A stretch of 64,000 nucleotides of DNA from the NCBI RefSeq assembly GCF_036588685.1, contig NC_086376.1:80269630-80333629 (forward strand), in the 5' to 3' direction. Positions within the stretch are counted from its first letter, which is position 1, and each line of letters starts with the position of its first letter. This stretch comes from Mytilus trossulus. Its lineage: Eukaryota. The notes beneath the pieces are model-generated. The model was given only the letters and a program-made list of their open reading frames with translations. It searched no databases and was not told the origin of the DNA. The position numbers and the translations under genes were made by a program. Positions 1 through 14,000 of this stretch are shown here, piece after piece.

Positions 1-225
1 TATTAAAAAAAATTAAACCATATTAGAGCTTTTGAACATACAAGTACCAAGGTAAGACACTTTAAAAATGCGTAACAACCTTTAATGGCAAATTTAAATT
101 TCACTTTGATTTCACCTTTGCATAATCATAGATGCTGAGATTTTTATATGCCTTCCCTAGCCCTAATTTTTTCATTCTGAAAATTTCTGAACTTTATGTT
201 TTATTGATTTTATTTTGTTATACAG

Positions 226-1647
226 AAACGAGAAAAAGAATTTGATGATTACTTGAGAGAAAAGTATGTTCAGGCTAAAGCAGATTTTAGAGAGTTGCTG
301 AAAGAGACCAAACTGATAACTTACAAGTAAGAAATTGACAGTATATAAATTACTGTGTATATTTATGCCAAGCTGAGCATACAGTTAAACCTATGTGACA
401 CTTCTATCAACTATTCTGAAAAGCTTTGGTATTGGAGACATCTTTTTGTCTTACTTAGAGGTATTGGTCTTATTTTTTTGTATGAAGCTGAAACAATCAA
501 CTTTCACACCAATTTATTTTGGTTTTTGGGTGACCTACTTCCAAAATTTTATGAAAACTATCTGTCTTGATATAAACTTGTTTTCTTACATCTCTATATA
601 TGCATATGATAGAAGTTTGCATTTTTGTTTTCCTTTCTGTGCAATATTCTTTTAGTGTGAGTCTCACTTCAGGTTTTGATGAGGGTCACATGAACTTGAA
701 ATTTATTACACATGTTCATTATGATTTAAAATATGTAAAATTAATTCCTAATTAGGATTTTCTATTGGATATTGTCGATCACTGAACATGGATTATATGA
801 TAGGGCATGGTGTCCAATTTTCTGTTTTGTTTACTTCTTTCAAGTAACTTGGAAATAAAATATAGGCTCAAGTAAAATAACAAAAATACTGAACTCCAAT
901 AAATAAAAAAAAATTTGTAATTGTATATAAAAGTTGTAAAAGAATATGATTTAGGGCAAAATAAACTATATAGCATTTTCTCCTCTTCTTTTTTTTAGAT
1001 CAAAGATACTTATAGAGGAATCCGACTCGCATCTCAAAGATATAGAGAGTATATTACAGGTAATTTGTGCTGATTCAAACTTAATAAGACATAAGATGTG
1101 GTTTGAGTGCCAATGAGACAACTCCCTCCAAGTCACAATTTGTAAAAAAAAACTATTAATGGTCAAAATATGGCCTTCAACATGGCGACTAGGCTCACAA
1201 AGAAACAGCAACTGCACATAAGGTAGGGTATGGATACAGGTACTGCCATGCTGCATATAGAGGAATATTTCATAATTTTTTTATAATGATTTATATTTGA
1301 TTCTCTTTCTGTAAGAGCAAACTTAGAAAATAAAAACTTCACAAAAAGTTTAGAACTGCATTGTCAATTAAATTGAAATATATGCTTAAATATGTGACTA
1401 CTGGAAAAAACATTGTTAATACTGTAATAATATAACCTCCAAATAAATATTTATCAGAAAAAAAACCTTAGTTAATTACATTGTTAATATTATTGATTTG
1501 CCATTTCAGAATGATAAAAGATACCTAGTGTTAGACTGTGTTGCTGAAGAAAGAGCCAAAATATTGGTTCAGTACATGGACGATCTGGCCAAGAAAGGTG
1601 CTCCACCTCCCCCTACTGCTTCAGAGCCCTCTAGGAGATCAAAATAA
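226..1647 (+). CDS. TCERG1: Transcription elongation regulator 1 (CA150), last three coding exons (C-terminal FF-domain region); gene starts left of the window
   Basis: AG/GT-bounded exons 226-326, 999-1059 and 1510-1647 join in phase to KREKEFDDYLREKYVQAKADFRELLKETKLITYKSKILIEESDSHLKDIESILQNDKRYLVLDCVAEERAKILVQYMDDLAKKGAPPPPTASEPSRRSK*. This matches the TCERG1 C-terminus (AKADFR.LLKETK, NDKRYLVLDCV, PPPPTASEP). Confidence 0.95.
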
Positions 1648-2565
1648 TCACTGAGATACATTAAAAGACAATTCACCCTAGCCAGTGCAGTTAATATTAT
1701 TTTATATTAAAAGGAGGAAATACTCTTTATCATGAAAATTAACTGTTTTTATAAAGTCCTGAAGAAGATCATTGAATTGATTATTTATTTCTACATTGTG
1801 GTCCAATCATTTAATCATTTTAGCAATTCATTGATATTTCATGTTTTATAAAGATGTTGTTTTATCTCACATTTTATCATGTATGACAGTCATTTGTCAG
1901 TGGAAATAAAATTGTTATTGTATGTGTTATCATTTTGATTTAAAGATCTTTTTATAATTTGTTCATTTCCCTCTGTTGCGTCCATTCCTTATCAGGCTGA
2001 AGTCTTTAGTTGAGATTTCTACTTTGAATTCATCAAATTAAAACTAAGAACACTTGTTCATTACGTTATATTTAGAGCACATGCCAAATAAGTGGAATAA
2101 CTCCTGATTTTGCAGGTCACTGAACATGGAAAATGGGAAAGTGCATACACGGTTAAAAGTTTAGTTGCAGTATGATTGAAATAGCAATCTGACTACAAAT
2201 AAACGAAACAAGTGTCTTATGATAGATAGGTGTCTAAACAATATTTCATTCATTATTTTTTCACCACTATTGCTGCTTCATGGAATCATGTTATGGTAAT
2301 AACACATAGGTAATGGGAGAGACAAAACAAATTGCAATTCAACATAGGTTGCCTTTTATCCTACTTTGCTGAGTTGCCTTTCGTTGATCATATATCAATT
2401 CTTATAGGAACATCGAGATAACTTCTAAACATGTAAGAAACAAACAACCTGATTAAAGAACACAACACTCAAAGGCCACCACTGGGTCTTCTACACCCAA
2501 GAACATCTTGCACCAGTAGGTGGTCCTCAGCTGGCTTCTACATAAAAATTGTGCATACTACCAAA

Positions 2566-2810
2566 TCTATTGCAGTACATTACAAAAAAAAAAACCTAAC
2601 TCCAAGTGAAAATGGGAAGACCTTTATCAAATGGCAAACTCAAAAGCTCTATTGCAGTACATTACAAAAAAAATTACCTAACTCCAAGTGAAAATGGGAA
2701 GACCTTTATTAAATGGCAAACTCAAAAGCTCTATTGCAGTACATTACAAAAAACAACTTATTCCAAGGGAAAATGGGAAGACCTTTATCAAATGGCAAAC
2801 TCAAAAGCTC
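2566..2810. repeat. 82-bp tandem repeat, 3 copies
   Basis: tctattgcagtacattacaaaa...gggaagacctttatcaaatggcaaactcaaaagc starts at 2566, 2648 and 2730. Confidence 0.9.
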
Positions 2811-3060
2811 TTATACATATGGAAAACAAGTGTCATATTCCTGACTTGGTACAGGCATTTATTTCCTTATGTAGTAAATGGTGAATTAAACTGGTTTCAT
2901 ACTCCACAATAGAAAAGTTAATCTATAGTGTTTCTATTTATGTTCACTTCCAATCTTCTCAACATATTGTGTCAGTATCAAAAGAATAAGATACAATTTT
3001 TAGATAATTTTTATTGATTATTTTGATAGACATATCACTGATATTTATAATGCCCAATTA

Positions 3061-3508
3061 CAAGGGGTGCAATCAAAATCACGTGATGGATATACACACA
3101 CCGTAAGTTTCAGTCGAACTCGCCGCTTGAAAGGTTAGTAGTTGCATTTTCTTGTTAATATCAATTAAATTTTGATTAATAAGTTGGCACACCGAATGTT
3201 GGATAGTAAGTAGTTTTAAAATACACTTGTTTTTGCTAGAAAGGGTGCAGTTATTGCAAACACTTCGACACAGTTCCAAATTTTAGACGGATAACTGTGT
3301 AGAAGTGTTAGCATTAACTGCACTTTTTTCAGCAAGAATAATTGTGTATTTCAAATCTAGATAGTATCCGACATTCGGTGCACTACTTTATTTATTAAAT
3401 TTTATTGATATAAACAAGTAAATACTACTACTTACCTTTCAAGCGGTCTGCTCAACTGTTACTTCGGGTGTGTGTATATCCATCACATGATTTTGATTGT
3501 ACCCCTTG
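3061..3508. mobile_element. Fold-back (almost fully palindromic) MITE, 448 bp
   Basis: caaggggtgcaatcaaaatcacgtgatggatatacacacacc... pairs with ...gtgtgtgtatatccatcacatgattttgattgtaccccttg, and imperfect pairing continues to the centre. Flanked by aatta on both sides (5-bp TSD). Confidence 0.85.
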
Positions 3509-5065
3509 AATTATAAAAATTCAGTATGTGAAAAGTCAACAATATTAAACTGCAAGTTATTTTACTACATTTATGTATACCAGACATAAACTCAACAATA
3601 TGAATACATATTTTTTCCATTTATGAAGGAACACTTTTGCTTATTTTCAATTTATGATTGTATAAAATATTTACTGCACACAACATACATTGAGTGTCAT
3701 TCTATTTTAAATTAAATCATTAAAACACAATGTCTGCATGTCTGCAATCACCTAAAGCCACAAATTTAAACACATTGGATAAACAGACCGAATGACAGAC
3801 TAGAAATCATAAAATATCCCCCTCAATCCTTCAACAATTTCTGATATTGGTCAGCCATTTTGTTATTGACATATTACTTGATTACTGTAAACAGTTTTTC
3901 TTGACAGAAGTTTAGATGAACTCATTTGATAACTAGATGCTTTTATTACTGGTAAATGACTAACTAGCAGTTCTAGGCATCCCTCTGAACCTTGTTGGTA
4001 CCATCTTTAGAAGTGATAATCAGTTCATATAATAGTCTGTTCTGGGTACTTACAAACTTATCACTTCTTGGTGCTATAAAACAGATTTTGTCCAACCATA
4101 CATGGGCAGAATAAAACACTTTAAACGCAGACAAATTATAAAGTTGTAATTAAGTATGTGTTTAAAAATACTATTTCATATTGAGCATAATAAGAAATCT
4201 AGCATAGCGGTATACAAATATACTGTGAATTCCAAAATTATTTTGTACAAGTATTAAAGAGTGAGGGATATACATAAATTATACAGCTATATCAACTGTT
4301 TTAACCAATGTCGATCCCCAGAGACCGATGAGCAGATGCATTGTGCAATTTGAAGAAATGCTGAAATCAATTAATGCAGTAAGAAATACAAATACAATTT
4401 CTTATTAATGCCATAACAAACAGGACATATTTTTCCCAATAAGAAAAATAACTTAAAAACTTCTAAAAATTACATCAACATTTACCAGTATGCAAAAAAC
4501 ATAGAAAAATGACAACAACAAAAAAAAAAACTTCTTAGTTTCCTCAATTGCATTGCAATAGTTGAATATTGTGATATTGGTCTTTATGTGTCATATCAAT
4601 TCTACCAGATGTCAAGAATATTTTATGAATCTGTACTCTGTAGTATAAACTTCAGTTATTTAATTTTTGAATAATAAAAAAAAAAATCTTTGCATACATT
4701 ATTCAGATTTTGTGAATTCTACCTCCGTTACAAAATTACAAAATGTCTGATGATTCTAAGGAATTTATTTAATAGCACTTTTTTTTGTTTGCATAAATTT
4801 AATCATAAAACATGCATTTTTCATTGAAATATGAAATACTTCATACATAGTAATTCAAAAAAAGAAATTATGAAAGCATTTAATTAATTGATTTGGAAAA
4901 TAAAATATATTACAGAGTTTGTTAATAATTTTTAACAGAAAAATAAAAGGAAGCTAAAATTCCATCAAAAGCCATTTTCAAATTCAACTACAGTTGAATC
5001 ATAAAGTATGTTTCATTCAGTCTTTTAATTTCATCACAGTTTTTCTTCCTATCGATACAGTGTTA

Positions 5066-8000
5066 TCATAATTTAGATCTAGCTTTCTGTAGGTCTATAT
5101 AAGGCCTTGGTAATGGATAAAGTCCCATGTCTCTTTTGAACTCTGCTACACTGGTAACAACCATAGGCTGAAAAAGACAATCATTGAAATTCTCATAAAA
5201 ATAAAGTATGTAAAGTACAGTCTATAAAGGACACAATTTACTTCTTTTCAAAAAAAGTCCTTTGGGTTCAACTTAATATATATCACAAAAGGTCACTATT
5301 TGTTTCATAAATAGATCTAATTTAATGTTATCCAAACAGATATCATCATTACAGTATATTGCAGACTCTGAAGTCAGTATGTTTTTGAGAAGATATCAAG
5401 AAAGGATGATTTTGTGCATTTATTGGATTTTAAGTCTTATTGAAATTTTCTGAAATAATGTCATTTTCAGAGGTATCATAATTACCAGAGGTAGTTCTGG
5501 AGAAGGCAGCAGATTGTTTCCATCATCAGTAGTTTCTGTTGTTTGTTTTTCTCCATTTGTTTCTGTTAATTCCTTCTCTCCATTTACAGAGGAAACAACA
5601 TGAATAGAAAACTTCTTCCTATATGGAGCACCAACAGCTATTCTATCCTAAAATATACAATGTGTAAGTTTTATATACAATGTGTAAATTTTATATACAA
5701 TGTGTAAGTTTTATATACAATGTGTAAGTTTTATATACAATGTGTAATTTTTATATATATACAATTAAAACATCTTTCCAGTTAAGCAATTTCAATAAAG
5801 CCTCCAACCCAATTGAACCCATGTACGTTCACAGCACTTAGATATGTTTGAGGATTTAAAAAAAATAATTAAAGAAATTGCAGTTATCATGTTGTTGGGC
5901 TGCATGCAGTATTGTTGTTGAAGAAACTTTTCAAACTACATGTATCTAAAATTATGGTGCGAATACCTGGAAGTTCGATTAATTATGGTTTCATGTTAAA
6001 GAAGGTCAGAACTTCATTACATTGTAAATCCATAGCAGCCAAAAATCTTTCTCCAAAAGTTCAAATTAGTCGAGTTAGATATGATATTGAAAGCAAATAG
6101 TGCATTAAAGACCTTGTTGATCTTTGGATGTCATATGAGTTATGTTGTTGCATTGCTGTATCATTTATACATACTTCTTCTTATTTATATTGTGTTTCTC
6201 CTTAACAATTTACAAAGACAATGGTGGATCCTGCATTATTAGGGTACTGTGCCCTATATTTTATATTGAAATACTTTAAATCATTCAGATTAATTTCTTA
6301 TAGCACAAAAAATGAATCTGCTATCTTGTGTATCATTTCTTTCCAATCATTCTGAGTACAATTATGTGTGATTAATAAGCCAAAATGACCATTCAAAAAT
6401 CATACTAATCTTTTGATCACATCAAAAAATTAAATCTAAACATAACATGACACATCTTCTTACTTTGAAAAAACTAAAGACATCTTCTTTCTTCACAGTT
6501 TTCAGAAATTCAACTTCAACAGTTTCTGAAAATAATCATATTTTTTCAATAAAATATACAATAATATACTAATGAATGAGTGATTTCACAGGAAAATATG
6601 CATCTCCTGTCCTCTCAAAAAAGAGTATTAAACCGAAATGTCAAAGCCTAAGATTTAGTATGGGCAAAAAGCAATCAAATGATTTAAACTGGAAGATGCA
6701 AAACGTCCTGTAGGTGAATAGATGACAGTTTGGTAGATCTTTTGTTAGCTGTTTTTAAGGACATGCAGATGAACGAACTGCTATAAGCAGAAAAAGGTAA
6801 GATCATGTTTCATGGGGAAAACCTTTAAAATTTGTACATCAAAAATTAAAATAGTATATAGGTGCAATATTTCATGTCTTGTACAAAAATTTAAGCAATA
6901 TTGTTGAAATTTGTAAATTAGTTTCCGAGAAGTTGCAGAGTAAAGATTGATTGATGAATTGTTTTTGTTTAGCACCACTTTCAGCAAATCTTATCTATAT
7001 TGTGACAGCCTGTTTTTATTGGTAGAGGAAGCTGGAGTTTACAAAGAGAATCTCTGACTTTAGCAAGAATAATGGTAATATCATTCAATTAAAATTGGAT
7101 TCAATGCACCTGCAATGTGGCTGTGCAAGGTTGATACTGACAACATCAGTGTTGACAGGCTAGTACCAGTAGTACATTAGATAAACAACTTAGTCCCCTC
7201 CGCCACTGAGACCTCACAGATCAATGAAGTGTGAGTTTGACATAGAATAACTGAAATATTCTCAATGTTTATACATATGAACATATACATTGTCTGGTTT
7301 AACAATGAAGTAGAGTTAAGAGTAACCTGTTGAATTGCAATTTGAATTTATCACAAATATGGGATTGAACTGTATCAACAGGATTTCAAAATGCCATGCA
7401 ACAGAAATACAATAAAAACACAGTTAAAAACTTGATAGGCTAAACCTTAAAGAGTAATTATAAATAAATTTTTACTGCAATTAGATTGGCTATATATGCA
7501 GATAGTTACTTTTATTTCTTTTGGATTTTAATTCTTACCTCTGTCAAAGTTATACTGTTGAGATAATATTTCTGACCAGTATCGTGAATTTTGTCCTGAT
7601 ATCTTTTTAGGTTTTTCCATACGTTTGGACACCAGAGCCTTCAAATGTTTCTGGAATGCTTCATCTGTCATATCTTTGATATAGTCCTGTGTGGAAAATC
7701 AAAGGTTTGAAATTACATGAAGGCTTTTGAAGCAAAATGTATGAAACATATTGATAGGGATAAAAGAGAGATACTTAATCCAAATAAAAGTTTTATGAAA
7801 GAAAGACACAATATATATAAAACCAGGTTCAATCCATCACTTTCTACCCTTAAAATGCCTGTACAAATTGCCTGTATCAAGTCAGGGATATGACAATTGT
7901 TGTCCATTCGTTTGATGTGTTTTATCCTTTGATTTTACAATTTGGTTAGGGACTTTCCGTTTTGGATTTTCCTTCGAGTTCCGTATTTTTATGATTTTAC

Positions 8001-11000
8001 TTTTTGCACAAAGGTCACAATTTTTAACATTCCTTATGGTATAATACCCAATCTTGTTTGATGTCATTGTTGTATAAATATTAACTATTTGATCCAATAA
8101 TCAAATTTATTCATGAAACGCTGATCTCTGTGATAAACAATCAAATTCTAAGTCTGTAAAGTTTTATTGTGAGCTTTTAAGGATAACATTTGTTTAATAA
8201 CCCCAATAGCTGAATCTTGTATCGCCTTAAAAAATTTATTATATAATAATTTGTCTAAAACCTGACAATTAGTCAATTGCTCAGGTGTGCCGAAATATAT
8301 CTATGGTAATGTCACATAAAACAAAGCAACCTGAAGTTATACACGATGTTGATTTCAGTTATTAAATCAACTTTAAGATAAATACAAATTAAAGTTAATT
8401 CTGTACCAATTTCCATGGATTCAAGAAAAATTATATTTTAGTAGGTATTTGTGAAATTTTAGCTTTCAAAAACTCTACAAACAAAATGAAAGGAAATGTT
8501 TATTGTATCAAACATTTGAATAGGAAGTTCCAAGTTCTTCTTAACCTCCATAAAAATGTGCACCCCAATAAAAATAATGAATCCACAGTAAAACATCAAA
8601 GGGTGTAAAAGCCAATTAGCGTGTGCAGGTTACAACCCTTGATTAGTGCTCACTGTTACTATGAAATGCAGTTATTAATTTTTTACCAACGGCGAAAGTT
8701 CAAATCAGTTATATTGTTTATTGTCAATCATAAAGTGAAATTTTTGTAATTTTTTTCAAAACTTAAAAACTACGAAAATTAATCCCCACGAACTTACTTT
8801 TGAATACAAAACCACGAAATTTTAACCACACGAAAAATTAATGTTTATACAGTAAATCAGTTTCTGTGAAAATGTAAACTATGTTTTTTTAGCAGTTATA
8901 CCCAGTGTTTAATTTTTGACTTACATCCATACTATTTAGGAATGCTTCTACTCTTTTCTCTACATATTCTGGAGATCTATCAGACTGTATAATAACCCTT
9001 AGTCCTTGTACACCATTAGACCTTCTCACTCCACTGAACACAATATAACCTAGAAATAAAAAAACAACTCTCAGTTCATGTATCAAGAAACCAAGCTCAG
9101 TGGTTGTACATTAATAATCTGGAAATATATTTCTATTTGATGGCATGTCAACTAATATTAGTTACAGAAAACCAAACAAAATCATCTACTTTATTGTCCT
9201 ACATATATATTGAAACATGAACATGCCATGACTTATGGTTTACTATGTTTGCCAAAGTATAAGTATAGTTGAAAACAGCACACTTTCAAAGCTGGTTATA
9301 GAAACAAGATACTATGACGTCGACAAGCATTCCAAACAACAAGTTGACCAAAAGTATACCAGCCAACCTGTCCTGTCAAGTAATTTCAATAAAATCTGGG
9401 CAAATTATTTTTACTATGAACACTTTCACTTTTAAACAGATATATAATGTTAAGGAGGGGTATTTTTTTCTGAAATACCCCTCAAGAACATGCTATATCT
9501 GTTTAAAAACACTGAATGTTAATATTCAAAAATGCATTGATGATCGTGAGGTTACAAGAATCTGGTGGGATAGAGTATTTTTTGGCAAATACCACGGCAG
9601 AGGGGATAAAAAAGGCAAAATCCTTTTGGCAAACACAGCGTTTAAAAATGAACGATGTTCATTTGATAACAGTAAATTTGTGAAAAATACACTGGCTATC
9701 AACCATTCAAAACCCAGGATTCTTACATAAGGTGTAATTATACTATGATCACTTTCATTTTGAAAGATGGAATTAGTTGAAATCATAGAGGACTGCTGTT
9801 TTGGAAAGCATACATCTATACTATTTTTTCTTGCCATCTACTTAATTTTTGTTATTTTGTTTGGTGGCTGCCAATACATGGGCATTGCTCAATTCATCAT
9901 TAATGTCTTTATTGGGTTGGGTATCAAAGTGAAAATTCTAACAATGCCATTCTTTAGCATACACTATCCTTACTTAACTGTTCCCTTATGTCAAAAAAAG
10001 TTCTGCTAGCCTATACTCATGAGAAAGATCTGTAACTGTTACAAAAACTATACTAACCTAACTGTTCCTTTGTTCTGAGGATATCAAAACAGGGTTCTGC
10101 TATAATCTGTACAAACATTTCCAGTAACATGTTGGGCTGTGTCTGTTGTAATCCACATTGATAGTAAACCTCTATACTAGAACTTTTGTGCACATGATTC
10201 TTCTCATGATAAACAAATGATGAACCTGAATAAAAAACAAAAGTACATAAATTTGCTACAGAGATATCTCTCTTATAAAGCAAAAAATGTAAAAAAAAAA
10301 AAAGAAAATAATAGTCTGTTGTTTTTCATGATCAGTGACTTTAATTGAAATGTATTTTATTTCATCTAAATTATGTGTGAAGGCAATTGAAATAAATAGT
10401 ATACGACAAATTACTAGTATAACACTACTTTAAGATGCATCAAATAAAGTAAAAGAGGCAAGATTAGTATCTGGCCTATTTATTTTATTACACAAATTGG
10501 AGTACAAAGATTAGAGCAAACATTAAGCATCTTTCTTGTAGAGAATATTTGCCCTTCAATCAAAATTCCAAAGTTGCTACCACAAATTGTGTATAATATG
10601 AGATGGTTTTTATGGTTATGAATTTTTATGGCACATATAATATCACTTTGTGTGAACAAATAAAATCCTTGAGAAAACAATAAAAGTTAACTCACCATCA
10701 GGTAGTTGTAACTCTCTTAGTCTTTTTGTCTGACTAGGTAATAATGGCTTGGTATTACATTTTGTTGTTAGTATAGATTCCACTGTGTCAACAATATCCA
10801 AGGCTATCTGTAAAATAAAATATCTCTGTTTACTAAGACACTTTTGTCAGTATATTTGATAACTATCTTTGACTACTGGTACTTATTATTAATACAAAAT
10901 GTACTAATGTATATTGTTTCAAGTTTTTTATTCATTTCTAACCTTCTGTACTCCAAGGGACCTTTGTGATTCATTTACAGCCAGTACAGCTAGCATATTT

Positions 11001-14000
11001 TCCTAAACTGTTTAAAAGAAGGATGAAAGATACCAGAGGGATAGTCAAACTCAAAGATTGAAAATAAACTGACAATGCCATGGCTTAAAATAAAAAGACA
11101 AACAATAGTACAGCAGACACAACATAAAAAATTAAGACTAAGCAACACAAACCCAACCAAACAATCGGGGTGATCTCAGGTGCTCCAGAAGGGTAAGCAG
11201 ATCCTGCTCCACACATGGAACCCGTTGTGTTGCTTATGTTATTACAAATCCGGTAAAATAGTCTTATTCAGTAGATCACATTCGTGAAAAAGGAACAGTG
11301 TTTTAGTTACGACATCAGGAACATTTCCTATATCATCTGTGAAACAGTTATTCCATATCGGTCAACCAACTTTTTTTTGAAAAACACGTCCTCCAAACTT
11401 AACAAATATGTTGTCAATCAAGAAATCAAGTATCTTGATAATGTCAGTTTCAGAGATTTTTTTTGTTTGAAACGGAGTGATCCTTTACAATATAGGATTT
11501 ATCCCTCCCCAAGACAAGATACTTGTATCTACATTCACCATTCTTTTTAGTGAAACAAAGTAATACCAACTCTTTTTTCAATTTGTCATTTAGTTAGGAA
11601 TGGGGAATATTTGTGTAGATTGTAGAAAAGTCAATGTTTTAAATCTATGGCAAGATGAGAGAGTCTTAGGTTATATGCCGTTCTCTAAAAGATGTTTGGA
11701 ATTATTTAGTATCCACATCTGATTCATGTCACCCCTAGAATAGGCAGTTTCACAATAACTTTGGAGCTTGGCTTTAATTGCTGATAAAATAGATGTTAAT
11801 AATTTAGAAAGAGGTTTAGTAAAGCACTTTGAAGACACAGCAATATACCGTTATTTGTAAGGAAACTTATGTAGTTAAGGTATCAAATACACTAATACAG
11901 TGATGGAAGATCCAGTAAAGTTTAGACAAAAAAATAAATCTGGAAAGTAATAAACATCACTGTCTATTACACGGGGGGTCAACTTCCTATTATTGGGTAT
12001 ACAGGGATGTGCCAAAAATATGGGTCATAATTTTGCGACATTTTATATAAGAATGACCCTCCTTTTTAATGACATCCTATATTAAAATGCGTTTACGTTT
12101 GATAACTGTATATTGATTTGGGGTATGATCCACTATGGTATGATCTACATATCATATATAAATATGCTAAATTGAGAATCTTGCATTATAAAATATATGT
12201 GCACAAAACGATGTCCATTCATATATAAAAACTTAAGGGAAGCTGGTATATTTATGAATTATGAGTGATGATGAGTTAGTGCTAATATAAGCATGGGTCA
12301 TATTTCATATATTGTATATAAGTATAGGTCATTCTTTCTTAAATTTTTATATAACTATAGGTATTGAATTTCAGTGAATGTTATATTAAAATGGGTAAGT
12401 TTTTGTAGGCAAAAATGGCACACCCCTACCAAAAAATATGGAAGTTACCCCCCCGTGGTCTATTACAAGGTACAAAAAAAAGTATTGAAGATTTTGCAAT
12501 ATGATATAAAATATTTAATTTGATAAAAACTAATACAACCAACCTGCTTTGTTACATTTCCATATATAAGTCCTTCTATATATAATTTGGATAATAACTG
12601 AGGTATAAAGGCATCTAATTTCTCTACAGTCATCTCTGGAAAACAAAAATGACCACATAATGTTATTATCATCATTTAGTAGTATTAATCTAGAAATAAA
12701 ATATGGTTATCTTAGATCCTGTTTATTTGTTACAGAATAAATTCACTCCAGTTGGAAATGGTTAGGACTCATTTGCTTTTTTAATTCACTGACAATTAAA
12801 TATTGTTTACAAACTTTATTGCCAGACTCTTTTTGAATACTGAAAGGCAGGAACCTTAAAATTATTTACTAATGGTATTGTATTATCTTTTAGGTCAAAT
12901 CACGAGTGACTGACATTTTCAATATACTGGTAGATGTTACATGCAAGATAATAACATATTAAGTTGATAGTGCTTTGCTTTAAACTAATATGCAAAGTTG
13001 GATTATGAATCTACATACTCACAAAAAAAAATACAGACGGGGGCTTCCCAAGATTGCCAGCTGATTTTTTAAGATAGACTTGATTAAATGTATTTCCACT
13101 TGATAATCTCTTGATAGGGTGCTTGTATTGTGTGCTATCTTGAAACAAGGAAACCAATACTTTAAAATGGTCTTTGCTACTTTTTGGGGAATTATTGCAC
13201 CAATTACTACCTGTACTTAATGCAAACACACTACCAAGAGATCATAAAGTGGTTGTAAAGTCAGGTACATCCAGCCATTTTTGCAGATATTTGCATTATA
13301 GTAACCTAGGAAGTCATTTCCATTCACCTAAATATCTATTTTATCCATTCATTTAAATGTAAAACAATTATTTACTATTTAATATCAAAGGATCAAATGA
13401 GATTCAAATTGTGATTCAGGACTAAGTAATGGTGATGTTACAATAGGAAATAGGTGGAATCATTTCCATCATTCAAACAATCATCTGACACTCTTTAAAG
13501 CTTAAGTTATGTATGTGCTTACCATCAACACATTGAAGTAATTCATCTTTGGTCCACATAAATTCTGACATCAGTACTGATGTGTAGTATATAGCATGTT
13601 GATGGGGCTGTTCTGCACTGAAGTTCTTAAGGCTTCTAGTATACTGGAGAAATAAAAAAAAATATCAATGACTATGCTATTCATAATTTTGATGTGGTTA
13701 ATTTATTTCATTACATGTAAAAGAAAAATGAGATAACCTTTAAAAGTCATCAATGTAAAAACGCGTCTTTTAATGAAATTTCTTTACAGATGTAATAATA
13801 AACTAAAGCATGCAAATAAAAATACCTTGCTTGAAAACTTTGTTTAAAAGTTACAGAAACCAAATTTAAATTTGATCTTTGTCTTGTGATTATAAGTGTT
13901 GTGTATAACTCTCATAGCATTTGGTTGAGACAAACTATTAAAGTAAGAGAATGAAGCATTTTTTATTATGTTAATAAAGGGGCATAACTAAAGAACGGTA

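Noticed and set aside
2606-2912. Two similar ORFs starting MKMGRPL
   Set aside because: They are products of the 82-bp tandem repeat.
9235-10009. Cluster of 66-138-aa ORFs in IDE intron 23
   Set aside because: No domain similarity, and they overlap on both strands as expected by chance.
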